From positions 1 to 50,072 of the forward strand of contig NKIB01013913.1 of NCBI GenBank assembly GCA_002256025.1: a stretch of 50,072 nt of DNA, given 5' to 3'. A program made the translations under genes and the position numbers. Shown here in pieces: positions 49,047-50,072 of this stretch (its first letter is position 1; each line of letters opens with the position of its first letter). Under the pieces are notes generated by a model that worked only from the letters and a program-made list of their open reading frames with translations, was not told where the DNA came from and made no database searches. Source of the DNA: Asterionella formosa (Eukaryota).

Positions 49047-50072
49047 TTACCTATGAAAAGGTTTGATACGACGAATATTAATTCGTTCGGTAATATGCAT
49101 AGTGCGTTGAAAAGTAACTGTACCATTGGCATGTACTTGAATAATAGTATAAGGACCTCGTCCACGATCATCCAAAGTAGTAGGATTATCCAATAATATT
49201 AAAATCTCTTCACCCACTTTGTAATCATAAGATCGACGACGGAAATTTGCACGACGTAAACGTTCGTCAATTATCACCTGTCGACGTTGATGTATTAATT
49301 GTAAATCTGTAATCAAAGGAATATTTAATATCATATCACGTTGGAAAACCCATGCTCCTGGTGAAATACGTAATATACTATGAATAGTAGCTCGAACTGC
49401 ATATGACGCAGCTGCAAAACATGTATCCACAATATTTTGGGCTTGAAATTCATTGATTGGAGGATGAGCCTTTAACATAACTCGTAGACTATTGCTGATA
49501 GATTGATGGAAACGTTCACAGATAGCATTTGCTTGTGGATTCTTTACTGTGGTAGTCACATCTTTGATTCCATTCAATACTAACATGTGTAAGAAAGGAG
49601 CACCAGTAAATCCACCTCCATTGTCATGTATACAACGTTCTGGACGGGGATATCTGGCTAACCAATCATTTTCAAATTTCATTGCAATATATTCTGATGT
49701 TTTATTGATGATACGTGAAATTTCTGCTAAATTGGTGACTGTGTCAATACAAGTTAGAGCACGAAATTCAATCGTTTGAGCAGCCACTGTTATCTTCCAT
49801 GGACCAATTAGATCTACTGCGACTTCTGACCATGGTAATAATAATGCATTCCTGGGTGGAAGTTCACCAAAACCAGTACCAGGTAATTTTGTACGTTGAC
49901 ATGCTTCACATACTCTTACAATATGTTCCACTCTTGTTTTTAATATAGGGTGATAAAAATGTGTAGCAATTGTAGCATTTAATCTTGTCATACCCACATG
50001 AGCTAACATCTGATGATACCAATTAATAATAGGATCCAATAATGATGTAGGAATAGCAATACGCCAAGTATC
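49047..50072 (-). CDS. Ty3/Gypsy integrase (end of pol; continues beyond the window)
   Basis: Uninterrupted frame: H..L.H.G...C..C zinc finger, AVDLIGP, IHDNGG, NAICERFH (D,D,E) and the GPY motif RGPYTI. Confidence 0.93.
   Translation of the reverse strand, partial: DTWRIAIPTSLLDPIINWYHQMLAHVGMTRLNATIATHFYHPILKTRVEHIVRVCEACQRTKLPGTGFGELPPRNALLLPWSEVAVDLIGPWKITVAAQTIEFRALTCIDTVTNLAEISRIINKTSEYIAMKFENDWLARYPRPERCIHDNGGGFTGAPFLHMLVLNGIKDVTTTVKNPQANAICERFHQSISNSLRVMLKAHPPINEFQAQNIVDTCFAAASYAVRATIHSILRISPGAWVFQRDMILNIPLITDLQLIHQRRQVIIDERLRRANFRRRSYDYKVGEEILILLDNPTTLDDRGRGPYTIIQVHANGTVTFQRTMHITERINIRRIKPFHR

Overview
Eukaryotic genomic DNA, most likely a pennate diatom (inferred from short 66-103 nt GT-AG introns, CoDi-type Copia and diatom-style Harbinger/mariner remnants). 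Compact gene islands alternate with transposon graveyards. Intact host genes: ABHD17-like depalmitoylase, mitochondrial AK3-type adenylate kinase, BET1-like SNARE, C3orf33/SNase-like protein, deoxyhypusine synthase, PH-domain protein, DUF5672-like membrane protein, S1 RNA-binding protein and a class I HDAC. There is also a decayed ETHE1 paralogue. Mobile DNA: two Harbinger remnants (one with a DUF6818-type partner ORF), a TA-flanked DD39D-type mariner, a 3.7 kb TIR element, Copia and Gypsy retrotransposons, a MITE and Helitron-like 3' ends. The most striking unexplained signals are (1) dozens of TA-CC(W)GG-TA motifs, sometimes chained, clustered upstream of host genes, which look like transposon excision footprints or a cis-element; (2) a HIRAN-like second ORF inside the mariner's TIRs; (3) a micro-exon array and ~22-bp phased motifs in the TIR element; and (4) a ~128 bp loopless palindrome. 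All calls are by-eye motif recognition; no searches were run.
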